Origin: an uncultured Victivallales bacterium
GTDB taxonomy: Bacteria; Verrucomicrobiota; Kiritimatiellia; UBA8416
Reading direction: 5' to 3'
Length of the DNA stretch: 62,540 nucleotides
Assembly: GCA_964598575.1 (NCBI GenBank)
Contig: CAZRCN010000001.1
Coordinates: 1 to 62,540, forward strand
Part shown: positions 47,807 to 57,047 of the stretch, in pieces
How the letters are laid out: every line of letters starts with the position of its first letter
Position numbering within the stretch: position 1 is the stretch's first letter
Notes under the pieces: model-generated
Told to the model about the DNA's origin: nothing
The model's input: the letters and a program-made list of their open reading frames with translations, nothing else
Database searches by the model: none
Program-made: the position numbers and the translations under genes

Positions 47807-49822
47807 TTAGGGATACTGCATCAGGATGTAGCGTGGCACCGTCTCCGGGTCGGCCCCCGTCAGGAGCACGATGCCTACCGGCACCAACGTCCATGTAATG
47901 ATGGCCAGCAACTCCCCGATGATGAGCCCCAGAAACAGCGGTCGCGCCTTGCGGTATACGCCGCCCCCGAACAAGCGCGTAATAAAGGTCTTGAGTAGCC
48001 ACCCCAGGAATACGCTGAACCAAAGGAGACTGCCAATGGAGATGCGCGCCAGGATGATGCCGACCGGATGAATGGGCCAGGCCGGGAACCGCGAGCACAA
48101 CCACAGCAACCCGGACCCCATCCCAACGCCAATCACCTGATGCATCCGCCCCGAATCCCAGAATTGGAAGTTCGTTCGATCTACACGCATCCACTCATTC
48201 ATGGCCGTGGAGCTCATCTTTGCATTTGTGCTGACCGCAAAATTCTCATAATGCATAAAGATATGTACGGCCCCGCAGATCACAAATCCCATCAACAGGA
48301 CAACCAATCCCCCGAGCAACAAGCGCCGCTGATGCTTGGGCCCCGCTTCACGGTCGGCCCCCAATGCCAGCGTCGTCATGACGGAGACGCTCACAGCCGT
48401 TGCACGGGTGATCAAGGCATAAAAGACATTCGTAAAGAGCAGGATGGTGGGAGACAGCCACGTGAGCGGGAAAAAGCCCGTTATATGTGCAATAGACAAC
48501 CGTCCCACCCATAAGCTGGGCAAACCGGTTTCCGCAATAATGCGCGCCATCAAGAGGGCAACCATGGCGCAACCGAGCATGGCCACCACACTCCACCAGA
48601 GCGGACACCCGGCCCAGTGCAACCAGAAGACAATGCCTGCACACCCCAGCACAAACATCCAGCCCGCAAACGAGTTGCGCCGGGCCTCGGCATCCGAGCC
48701 CGCTTTGCCAAACATCGCCTTGCCCACCTTGCACCAATGGGCACGCCCCAGAAACAAGACCCAGCCCACAATGGCCAGCAGCACCCCGAAGGATTGGTCA
48801 CCCACCTGGCCTTCCTTAAACGCGGGAATATACGCTTTTCCCAACGTCAGGTACCACGAATAGCCAAAGACCCAGCCCCAGATCGAAATGGCATAACGGC
48901 TCGGGATAAAGTAGGCCACCCCTACCACCGAAAAGAAGATGACCTGCCAATTAAAGGCCTGCGGGGCATACCGCAGGATATTATCCGTATAATACTGCCG
49001 CATCTCCCAGCGCAGCGGAATCGACGGAAACGCCCCCGTAAACTCATGCAAGCCACGTAACAGGTGGATCCCGAACACGACCCCGCACCCAATCCAGAAG
49101 GCACGGCTATAGAAAATGCCCGGCAGGAGCCGCTTGTGTTCCGCATCGGTTTCATCCCCGATAAAGGCATGATATACATGTAGCAAGGGGAACGGCAGCC
49201 GCTCATTATGCCGCCACTGGGGATACACGACCCCGCCCAACCCGATCATCATTGCCCAGAGGGCTAGCAGCAACATCCCCCAGGAGGCCATCGGCACCAG
49301 CCAATCTCCCCACGGGATCCCTTCCCCCTCATATAACTCCTCCAAAAACTGGTCAGAAACCGGCGTTTGATACCGGACGACGTTACCTTCCTCATCCAGC
49401 GTTGGCACCGGATCCGGGAATAACGACTGCCGCAAATCCGTCTCTGCCGCAATCTGCGAGGTCGTCAGGTTGCTGTTCATGTCCCGGCTCATCTGGGCAA
49501 CCATGCGCGGGAACATCCGCATCAACCCATTACTCGGAATAATCGCCGCAAACAACATCATCCCGGTTATCAGCGCAATTTGATGCCGATTGAGCATCCA
49601 GCGGCGGTTCCGCAACCCCAGCAGCGGATTCACCAGCAGGACCAGCAACATCAGGAAACCAACCACCACTTCAGGCAGGTAGTTGTCTGCCAGATACGTG
49701 TTTTTCAGGACAAAGTTGTTGTACGGAACCAGAACCCATGCCAGTACAGAACCAACCAGCCCCAGCAAGGCTGCAATCACAGCCCGCTTGGTAGATAACA
49801 CTTCTCGCATAATGCTCCTCAT
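47807..49822 (-). CDS. Polytopic membrane protein (671 aa, ~14 TM), function unknown; first gene of the operon
   Basis: ATG at 49822. An alternative ATG at 49810 lies 4 nt after GAGGAG. Hydrophobic spans throughout (VIAALLGLVGSVLAWVLVPY..., WMFVLGCAGIVFWLHWAGCPLWWSVVAMLGCAMVALLMARI...). Confidence 0.55.
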   Translation of the reverse strand: MRSIMREVLSTKRAVIAALLGLVGSVLAWVLVPYNNFVLKNTYLADNYLPEVVVGFLMLLVLLVNPLLGLRNRRWMLNRHQIALITGMMLFAAIIPSNGLMRMFPRMVAQMSRDMNSNLTTSQIAAETDLRQSLFPDPVPTLDEEGNVVRYQTPVSDQFLEELYEGEGIPWGDWLVPMASWGMLLLALWAMMIGLGGVVYPQWRHNERLPFPLLHVYHAFIGDETDAEHKRLLPGIFYSRAFWIGCGVVFGIHLLRGLHEFTGAFPSIPLRWEMRQYYTDNILRYAPQAFNWQVIFFSVVGVAYFIPSRYAISIWGWVFGYSWYLTLGKAYIPAFKEGQVGDQSFGVLLAIVGWVLFLGRAHWCKVGKAMFGKAGSDAEARRNSFAGWMFVLGCAGIVFWLHWAGCPLWWSVVAMLGCAMVALLMARIIAETGLPSLWVGRLSIAHITGFFPLTWLSPTILLFTNVFYALITRATAVSVSVMTTLALGADREAGPKHQRRLLLGGLVVLLMGFVICGAVHIFMHYENFAVSTNAKMSSTAMNEWMRVDRTNFQFWDSGRMHQVIGVGMGSGLLWLCSRFPAWPIHPVGIILARISIGSLLWFSVFLGWLLKTFITRLFGGGVYRKARPLFLGLIIGELLAIITWTLVPVGIVLLTGADPETVPRYILMQYP

Positions 49823-50000
49823 CTACAATCCGGTCACGATCCTGTTTTCGCCCCAAACCGAACCGGAAAGGCATAACCAACTCGTACCCTGCACCATCCG
49901 TGCCACAATAAAAAGGCAAAATATCCGGTGCGCCGAGACAAGGCATCTTATCGAACCACCCCGCCAAAAGCAAGGCCACTGCCTCAAAAATGCCAAAATC

Positions 50001-50043
50001 AAAGAAAAAAGCCGCGCAGAGCCCTCATCGGGTCCCCGCGCGG
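50001..50043 (-). terminator. Intrinsic terminator after the aldo/keto reductase gene
   Basis: Minus-strand RNA GCCGCGC-(20 nt)-GCGCGGC followed by UUUUUUCUU. It starts 16 nt after the stop at 50059. Confidence 0.55.
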
Positions 50044-50058
50044 CACACAACACATAGT

Positions 50059-51240
50059 CTACAGCCCGGGATCCACCCGTGTTGCCTGCCGCACGGCATC
50101 ATACGAATTGTAGGCCGCCTTGAAGCGCTGATAGGCCTCGCGTGTCTCAAAAACCTGGCTGTCGCTCCATAGCACCCGCCAATCCCCATCCGCTTCCGGC
50201 CACAGGAATACCTGGCCCCAGATCAGCCGGTTGTTCGCATCAATGCCAGGATGCGCGTCTGTATCATCTCCGGATATCCGCAGAACCTGGTCAGCCGTCA
50301 ACACGCCACCGGTTGCCGCATCCAGGTTATCGCGAATCCAGTCCGAGCGCGTCGCCATCGCCACAAAGCCACCGCTGCCGTTCATGCGCTGCGTGGCCCA
50401 GGCCAGCGAGACCTTGGCCGGAGATATACCGGCCTCTTTCGCTATGGCCTGAATCACCGGATCCATCATATCGGCCCGCTGCTCCTTGAAGGTGTCGCGG
50501 GCGGGACGGTTGGGAGACCCCAACGCCATGTATCCGGTACATACGATGCCTTCCGACTCGAAGTACGCCCGCAAATCCGTCTGCTGCATCAGCGGATGCA
50601 TTTCCATCTGGTTTACCACCGGTCGATCCGACTGCGCCACGTCCCGCATGAGCAGCTTCATCGTCAGCTCAGTGTGATTCGAAGTACCGATATCCACCAC
50701 CTTGCCAGCCTGCTTGAGTTTGACCAATTCCGCCCAAGTCTCCAGGAATTGCTCATGAATATAGGGCACTGCATCCGGATTGCGGTGCTCCCCACTGCAT
50801 CCCGGCGTATGCACATTCGGCCACGGCCAGTGATTCAGATACAGATCAATCTTCTCTACCCCCAGCGCACGCAACGTTTCGTCACAGGCCGGAGCCACAT
50901 CCTTCGGGGACATGTGCCCATTCCATAACTTGCCCGTAATGAACAGCTCATCTGCCGAAGCAATATACCCCTTCTGGATGGCACCGCGAATGGCTTCGCC
51001 CACCACATCCTCATTCTCATACGCCCGGGCCGTATCCAGATGACGCCACCCCAGCCGGATCGCCTCCATCGTGGCATCTTTCATGTAATCCTGTGCCCAG
51101 TCGGAATGAAACGTCCCGAAGGCACCTGCCGGCATGTCCACCCCGCTCGACAAGCGCAAGGATCGTACCTCCGACGGATCCAAAGGTTCTATGCTCGTAT
51201 CAAAACATACTGGTTCTATTCGCGGTTGCTCTGCTTTCAT
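50059..51240 (-). CDS. Aldo/keto reductase with N- and C-terminal extensions
   Basis: AAGGAG RBS. LDTARAYENE, GKLWN, LNHWPW (AKR catalytic D/Y/K/H positions). Confidence 0.8.
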   Translation of the reverse strand: MKAEQPRIEPVCFDTSIEPLDPSEVRSLRLSSGVDMPAGAFGTFHSDWAQDYMKDATMEAIRLGWRHLDTARAYENEDVVGEAIRGAIQKGYIASADELFITGKLWNGHMSPKDVAPACDETLRALGVEKIDLYLNHWPWPNVHTPGCSGEHRNPDAVPYIHEQFLETWAELVKLKQAGKVVDIGTSNHTELTMKLLMRDVAQSDRPVVNQMEMHPLMQQTDLRAYFESEGIVCTGYMALGSPNRPARDTFKEQRADMMDPVIQAIAKEAGISPAKVSLAWATQRMNGSGGFVAMATRSDWIRDNLDAATGGVLTADQVLRISGDDTDAHPGIDANNRLIWGQVFLWPEADGDWRVLWSDSQVFETREAYQRFKAAYNSYDAVRQATRVDPGL

Positions 51241-51273
51241 CTCATCTCCTTTAACATATAAATCCAGATCCCT

Positions 51274-52293
51274 TTACAGATCGATCATGACTTTCATCGA
51301 ACGCGCCCCTTCGCGGGCAATATAGCTGTAGGCCTCCGGAAACTGCTCGAACGAAAAATGTTTTGAAACCAGCGGCTCGGTACGGATGTCCCCGGCCGCC
51401 ACCCACTGGACAGCCTCCACCCAGTCCTCATGCCGATACATCATCGAACCTTTTACATCCAGCTCGTGCTCACACACAACCGACATATCCACCACGGGTT
51501 TATCTTCGAATACCCCAACAATCAAGAGGGTTCCACCTTTGTTAACGCCGGCCACCAGAGACGTCAGGCTTGCCTCCACACCACTGACTTCGATCGCCAA
51601 GTCATACCCGTCAGGACCAAATACCCTGACCGCTGCATCTTCCAGCGGTTCCTTTGCGACATTGCAGGTATTGGTCATGCCCACTTGCCGGGCTACTTCC
51701 AGCCGGAAATCACTGACATCCGTAATCAGAACCTTGGCCGCCCCGCGGTTCCGGCATGCCTGGGCCACAAGATTCCCGATCGTACCCGCACCAGCAACCA
51801 CCACATTCTTGCCCTGCATATCTCCGGCACGCCCCGTCGAATGCACTGCCACGGCCACCGGCTCGATAAACGCCCCTTGCTCCGGCGTGAAATCCGCCGG
51901 CAGTCGCACCAGCTTTTCCGCCTCTGTCACAAACAGATCCTGCCCGCAACCGGGGGCCTGGAAGCCGCGGACTTTCAGTTCCTCGCAAGCATTGTACTGG
52001 CCACGCCGACAAGCCGGGCAGGTACCGCACACTTCCTGCGGAGTCGCCGTCACCTTGTCTCCAACCGATATATCCGTCACACCGGAACCAACCGATTCCA
52101 CAACACCCGCAAACTCGTGCCCCTGGATCAACGGATACGTCACAAATGGGTGCTTTCCCTTGAATACATGGATGTCCGAACCACATACCCCGATCCGCTC
52201 CACGCGAATCCGGACCTGACCATCGCCCACCACCGGCTCCGCAACATCCTGGAAAACAATCGTGCCCGGCTTCTCCATCACTGCTTGTCTCAT
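51274..52293 (-). CDS. Zn-dependent medium-chain dehydrogenase (sorbitol / L-idonate / threonine dehydrogenase-like)
   Basis: ATG at 52293 follows GAGGAAG. GVCGSDIHVFKG, QGHEFAGVV, structural-Zn Cys cluster CGTCPACRRGQYNAC, GAGTIGNL. Confidence 0.8.
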   Translation of the reverse strand: MRQAVMEKPGTIVFQDVAEPVVGDGQVRIRVERIGVCGSDIHVFKGKHPFVTYPLIQGHEFAGVVESVGSGVTDISVGDKVTATPQEVCGTCPACRRGQYNACEELKVRGFQAPGCGQDLFVTEAEKLVRLPADFTPEQGAFIEPVAVAVHSTGRAGDMQGKNVVVAGAGTIGNLVAQACRNRGAAKVLITDVSDFRLEVARQVGMTNTCNVAKEPLEDAAVRVFGPDGYDLAIEVSGVEASLTSLVAGVNKGGTLLIVGVFEDKPVVDMSVVCEHELDVKGSMMYRHEDWVEAVQWVAAGDIRTEPLVSKHFSFEQFPEAYSYIAREGARSMKVMIDL

Positions 52294-52533
52294 ATGCTTC
52301 CTCATCTCTCTTTCCCGTTCGCACGGCTTCGTATACATGCCAGGCGCATCGGCACACATGCCGATACACAGGATCAACAACGCGCGGTACCCTACCAGCT
52401 ACAGCCCCGCATGTCGACCCGCAACCATTGTCCGTTGCAATTTACAGTTTCCTTTCCGGTCGTTTTGACCTACATTTACCCGGCATCGGAGAAAAACGTA
52501 AGGAGTAAGTACGACCAACACAAAGGAAACATC

Positions 52534-53565
52534 ATGGACCAAGCACTACTCGAACGCATCTGCAACGCCCCCGGCATTCCCGGCTTCGAGGGAGACGCAC
52601 AACAAGTGGCCCGCGAGGTTCTGTCTGCCTGCAGCGACGAAGTCAAACGCGATGCCCTTGGGAATGTCATTGCCTACAAGAAAGCCACCCGCACGCCCGA
52701 GAAGGGCACCTCACCGCTGCGCGTCATGATCGAAGCCCATGTCGACGAAATCGGTATGATGGTCAAGCACATCAACAAGAACGGCTATATTCATTTCATT
52801 CAGCTAGGCGGTTTGAACACCGCCGTCCTGCAGTCCCAGCGCGTCATCATTCACGGTAAGACCTCCACGCGCGGGGTCATTGTGCCCAAGGGCGCCAAGG
52901 AAACCCCTGATCTAACCGATTTGCTGATCGATACCGGCCTGCCGAAAGATGAACTCGAAAAACGCATCCGCCCCGGCGACACCATTACCTTCGAAGACGA
53001 TGTATCCCGTTTGAACGACAAAATGTGGGTCGGACGCAATTTTGACAACCGGATCGGCTCCTACTGCCTACTGGATGCCATGCGCAAGCTCGACAACACC
53101 CAGGTCGATGTCATTGCCGTAAGCACCACTCAGGAAGAAGTTGGCCTGCGGGGTGCCCGTGCGGCTGCCTTCTCCGTTGCACCCGATATCGCCATTGCCA
53201 TCGACGGCAGTATGGCGCGCGGCTCCTATGTCGCCGATCATAACAACCTGTGCGACCCCGGCAAGGGCACCGGTATCTATGTTGCCGATAAGCTTACCAT
53301 CGGACATCCCGCACTGGTCCAATACCTCTGCGACGTATGCGATGAGCACAAGATTGCCTACCAACGCAACATTGGCGGTGGGACCAACGCCGCTGCCATC
53401 CAACAATCCGTTGGCGGCATTGTCACCACCACCATCGGTGCACCCGTACGCTACATGCATTCCACCGTCCAACTTTGCCATGCCGACGATATGGACGCCA
53501 CCGTCGACCTTCTGGTCCGGTTCCTCGAAACGGCACATATCTTCTGGCAGAATCTGCCGTCCTGA
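52534..53565 (+). CDS. M42-family metallopeptidase (glutamyl aminopeptidase / FrvX-like)
   Basis: The real start is ATG 52534, inside ORF 51430..53565, after AAAGGAAAC. APGIPGFEGD, MIEAHVDEIGMMV, GRNFDNRIG, TTQEEVGLRGA, PVRYMHS. Confidence 0.8.
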   Translation: MDQALLERICNAPGIPGFEGDAQQVAREVLSACSDEVKRDALGNVIAYKKATRTPEKGTSPLRVMIEAHVDEIGMMVKHINKNGYIHFIQLGGLNTAVLQSQRVIIHGKTSTRGVIVPKGAKETPDLTDLLIDTGLPKDELEKRIRPGDTITFEDDVSRLNDKMWVGRNFDNRIGSYCLLDAMRKLDNTQVDVIAVSTTQEEVGLRGARAAAFSVAPDIAIAIDGSMARGSYVADHNNLCDPGKGTGIYVADKLTIGHPALVQYLCDVCDEHKIAYQRNIGGGTNAAAIQQSVGGIVTTTIGAPVRYMHSTVQLCHADDMDATVDLLVRFLETAHIFWQNLPS

Positions 53566-53646
53566 TACTGCTCGGATCACACAATAACACTGTCCGCTAT
53601 TGACAACCATATGGGCTGCCCAGCAGCCCGCATGCCAGGGAGTCCC

Positions 53647-54819
53647 ATGATAATAACACGCGTCACCGCCACCCCCATCCGCATTCCGCTAGCCGCATTC
53701 TTCTATAATTCCGAAAATGCCGGCACCAAGCGCGAATGGGGGGGGCGCCTGAGCCGCGTGACCCCCAAACGCCCCGATCCGATCCTGGAATATGTACTCG
53801 TACATATTGAAACCGATGAAGGTGCCGTGGGCGTCGGGGAAGCACCGGCCGATATCGGGTTCTTTGGCCAGACCCTCGAAAGTGTGCAATTTGCCATCGA
53901 AGACTATCTGGGCCCCCAGTTGGTCGGGAAAGAGCCGTTTGATATCGCCTACCTCATGGATCTGATCGACTACCGCGAGAACTCCAGCGCCAAGTCCGGC
54001 ATCGACATCGCCCTGCACGACCTCGTCGCCCGCCACCAGGGCATATCCATATCCGAACTGCTCGGCGGGACCAGACGCCAGCGCATTCCTGTTGCCATCG
54101 AGATTCCCGGCGGAAGCCCCGACGACATGGCCAATGAATGCCGAAAATACTTGAAACAAAACGTGCGTGCCTTCAAACCGAAAATCGGCAGCTACCCGAA
54201 AAAGGATGCCGAGCGGCTGCAGGCCATTCGGGAGGCGGTGGGCCCCGACATCTCTATCCGTGCAGATGCAAACCGGGGCTATTCACCCGAGGAAGCCATT
54301 GCACTCTGCCAGTGGGCCGAATCCTATAACGTGGGGCTCGAGCTTCTGGAACAACCCTGCGAAGCATGGGACCTGCCCGGCATGGCGCATGTGCGCCAAC
54401 ACGTTGCCACCCTGATCGAGGCCGACGAAAGCTGCTTCGGCCCCCGCGACGCCGAAGCCGTTGTCCGCGCTGGCGCTGCGGATGTGCTGAATATCAAGAT
54501 TGCCAAGGCAGGCGGCCTCTACCATGCCATGAAAATTGCCGCCATTGCCGAAGAGGCCGGCCTCCAGTGCGTCCTGGGAACCGCATTCGGTACAGGCATT
54601 AAAATTGCTGCCAAGCTGCAGCTTGCTGCCGCACTCCCTCGCTTTACCGGTGCCGTCGAATTCACCGAGCTCGGCCAGCACGGCCCCCTGCTGCAAGGCG
54701 TAGCCGATACACAACTATCCTTGCCACTGGATGCCGATGGTTGCCTGCCTGTGCCCCAGACGGCTGGCCTCGGCGTCGAACTCGACCCGCAAAAAGTGGC
54801 AGCCGTCACCTCCCGCTAG
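53647..54819 (+). CDS. Enolase-superfamily enzyme, MLE subgroup (dipeptide epimerase / N-acylamino-acid racemase-like)
   Basis: ATG at 53647 follows AGGGAG. KxK (FKPKIG), DANRGY, LEQP, ADES, second Lys in NIKIAKAGG. Confidence 0.75.
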   Translation: MIITRVTATPIRIPLAAFFYNSENAGTKREWGGRLSRVTPKRPDPILEYVLVHIETDEGAVGVGEAPADIGFFGQTLESVQFAIEDYLGPQLVGKEPFDIAYLMDLIDYRENSSAKSGIDIALHDLVARHQGISISELLGGTRRQRIPVAIEIPGGSPDDMANECRKYLKQNVRAFKPKIGSYPKKDAERLQAIREAVGPDISIRADANRGYSPEEAIALCQWAESYNVGLELLEQPCEAWDLPGMAHVRQHVATLIEADESCFGPRDAEAVVRAGAADVLNIKIAKAGGLYHAMKIAAIAEEAGLQCVLGTAFGTGIKIAAKLQLAAALPRFTGAVEFTELGQHGPLLQGVADTQLSLPLDADGCLPVPQTAGLGVELDPQKVAAVTSR

Positions 54820-54863
54820 CTGCTCCCCTCCGGGAAGGACCGAAGACTTCTCTATACCTTCAC

Positions 54864-54897
54864 GCAAAACCACAAGATATAGTGGTTTTGCTTTCCT
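54864..54897 (+). terminator. Intrinsic terminator after the enolase-superfamily gene
   Basis: GCAAAACCAC-AAGATATA-GTGGTTTTGC (10-bp stem) followed by TTTCCT, 45 nt after the stop. Confidence 0.55.
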
Positions 54898-54988
54898 GTG
54901 GACACGAGTTTGACTTCCTTTTCCGGACGACGCGAACGCTCGGGGCTGGGGCTAGGTTGTACCTGCATACGCGATACCGTGTCAGTCC

Positions 54989-55999
54989 CTATTCCTGTTT
55001 CCGCAAGATCTTCGAGACCCGGCTAAGCTGTTGAAGGGATGCTTGCGCCAGCGAACCGTCTTGAAAAGACACGACGTTGAAGCCCATGGGAACATGGTGC
55101 TTGCGGCATGTAGAAACAAATTGCGCGATGTGCGCGTCGGAATAGATAGGTGGATGAGGAGGATGACTGTTGTCCAGATATACCCATCTATGATCGTCTA
55201 AAAATGTCCAGCCATGCCATAGCAATCCGCTTTCCAAAAACTGCCGCGTAGGAGGTGCATCCAGATTTGTGATTTCCCCGGCCTGATAGTCCTGATGTTC
55301 CGTATAGAGGTGCGTATGCCCTGCGCCAGGATTGTATGTCACCAAACGGTCTTTGCCCCCACTCTTTGCTGCAACCGTAAAGTCTTCCCACGGAAACTGA
55401 AACCCGCGCAGATCGGTGGTTACAGAATGATAGGGCCCGGATGCATCCAGGGAAAATGCACTGTCGAACCACCAGGCCCGGATACGTTCACCATATCGAT
55501 CCCCCATCCACCTTACAATGGCACAAAGATTTTCTGCTAACCGGGCTTTGTCTTGGTCATGATACCCAACCGCCTGCTCCCAGGGCGGATCATCGCCTTG
55601 GTTACAAGAATGATTATAGTATACAATCAGCTTCTTACCAAGACCCGCGAGTCCATCACTGATTTCTCCAAGTACATCACGCGCGCTGGTTCGTCCCGGA
55701 AGAATCATATCAACAACAGGATGCGGACATGGCAACATCTGCAGTGCATGTGTTACCGTAAAAATCACATAATCCACATCACTTGCTTCGACATCCGCCA
55801 AGAAAGCATCTAGGCGAAAGCGGTCGACAGCATCCTCAAAAGAGCACGCCGATCCACTGCGCGGCATCGTCTGTGCCGTCCAATGGACCCCCATGCCAAG
55901 CGAACAAGACGCCAACCAATGCATATCTGGCCGATGATAGACCCTCCTGTCGGACGGATCACGTCCCCCTAATCGATCCTTGTTTCTTGCACTGCTCAT
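54989..55999 (-). CDS. GH29 (alpha-L-fucosidase)-like fold protein, divergent; assignment tentative
   Basis: ATG at 55999. LGMGVHWTAQT, DYVIFTVTH, KLIVYYNH and RAWWFD are loosely like the GH29 motifs (GxFxHWG, TxKHHDG, YYS, WfD). No signal peptide. Confidence 0.35.
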   Translation of the reverse strand: MSSARNKDRLGGRDPSDRRVYHRPDMHWLASCSLGMGVHWTAQTMPRSGSACSFEDAVDRFRLDAFLADVEASDVDYVIFTVTHALQMLPCPHPVVDMILPGRTSARDVLGEISDGLAGLGKKLIVYYNHSCNQGDDPPWEQAVGYHDQDKARLAENLCAIVRWMGDRYGERIRAWWFDSAFSLDASGPYHSVTTDLRGFQFPWEDFTVAAKSGGKDRLVTYNPGAGHTHLYTEHQDYQAGEITNLDAPPTRQFLESGLLWHGWTFLDDHRWVYLDNSHPPHPPIYSDAHIAQFVSTCRKHHVPMGFNVVSFQDGSLAQASLQQLSRVSKILRKQE

Positions 56000-56039
56000 G
56001 AAACCCTTACCTCTCTGCACCCTTGTAACCGCCCCCCCC

Positions 56040-57047
56040 TTACCGGTCCCGCGCCAGCGCATCACGAATGGCTTGCCCTTGCTGTACAATATCATGGATT
56101 TCGGTTTGCCAGAACCGCTCGGTGCCCCAGTCCGGCGACAGGTGCGAGAAGCCGCCATCCTCTTCCTGACGACCGCACCAGGCCAGATAGTGGATCATGC
56201 GCATGAACCGCAAGGGTTCAATCAAACGCAGTTCAGCACGCCGGAAAGAACGAAACGTCTCGTAGCCTTCGAGCAGGAATTCCAGTTCCCGCCTTGCATC
56301 GGCCACACGGCCGGGCAGCAGCATCCACAGGTCCTGCACAGCGGGCCCTTCGGCCATGTCGTCGAAATCAATCAGCGCCAACGGCTCCCCTGGTCGCCAC
56401 AGCATATTGTTCCGGTGCAGGTCACCGTGGATGCGCAGGATTTCGATATCCTCGAAGAGGGGGTCGATCCTATCAAGCACCTCGTCAACGGCGGCTTCAA
56501 AACGATCGTGCAGGTCGGGGCGGGTGAGGTGTACATCAAGCAGATACTGGATGTGGGTTTCCGTGGATGCATCGGGACGCATCACGATGCGGTCGCGCGT
56601 CCGTTGACGCGAGCCGACAACGTGAACGCGCCCGAGCAGGCGTCCGGTCTCGCGCCACTGCTGCTCGTCCGGCTCATCGAGTGCCCGACCCCCGCGTTTC
56701 GGGAAGATGGAGAAATAGTTGCCGTTGTGGCAGTGCAACGTCTTCCCCTCCATACCGGCAAGCGGCATGATCACCGGTAATTCGTCGGCCGCAAGTTCGG
56801 CTAGGAAATCCTGTTCATCCTGAAGCGCATCGGCACTCCACCGGCCCGGCCGGTAAAACTTGGCAACAATCCGACGACCGTCATCCAGCTCCAGCTCGTA
56901 GACGCGATTGATATAGCTGGTCAAGGGGCGGCACAGACCCGTACAACGCTGCCCCAGTGCTGCCTCAACCCAGTCAAGGACGTGGTCCGGCGTCAAATGC
57001 CCAAAATTAGCTTGCGGCTCCCCGGAGCATTCGTTATGCATCTTCAT
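56040..57047 (-). CDS. srkA: SrkA/RdoA (YihE)-like protein kinase
   Basis: INRVYELELDDGRRIVAKFYRPGRW, IHGDLHRNNMLW, LIDFDD. The ATG overlaps the upstream stop as ATGA (57044-57047). Confidence 0.7.
   Translation of the reverse strand: MKMHNECSGEPQANFGHLTPDHVLDWVEAALGQRCTGLCRPLTSYINRVYELELDDGRRIVAKFYRPGRWSADALQDEQDFLAELAADELPVIMPLAGMEGKTLHCHNGNYFSIFPKRGGRALDEPDEQQWRETGRLLGRVHVVGSRQRTRDRIVMRPDASTETHIQYLLDVHLTRPDLHDRFEAAVDEVLDRIDPLFEDIEILRIHGDLHRNNMLWRPGEPLALIDFDDMAEGPAVQDLWMLLPGRVADARRELEFLLEGYETFRSFRRAELRLIEPLRFMRMIHYLAWCGRQEEDGGFSHLSPDWGTERFWQTEIHDIVQQGQAIRDALARDR

Noticed and set aside
47754-48194. The N-terminal 147 codons of ORF-track entry 42633..48194.
   Set aside because: This stretch overlaps the 3' end of the upstream polytopic-protein gene (stop at 47807) by 388 nt and has shadow-frame composition. 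The signal-anchor sequence begins just after the ATG at 47753.
49945-49973. A candidate sigma70-type promoter for the 13-kb operon (minus strand TTGCTT-N17-TAAGAT).
   Set aside because: It matches only 3/6 and 4/6 of the consensus hexamers, and the promoter consensus for this organism is unknown. That is not strong enough to list as a feature.
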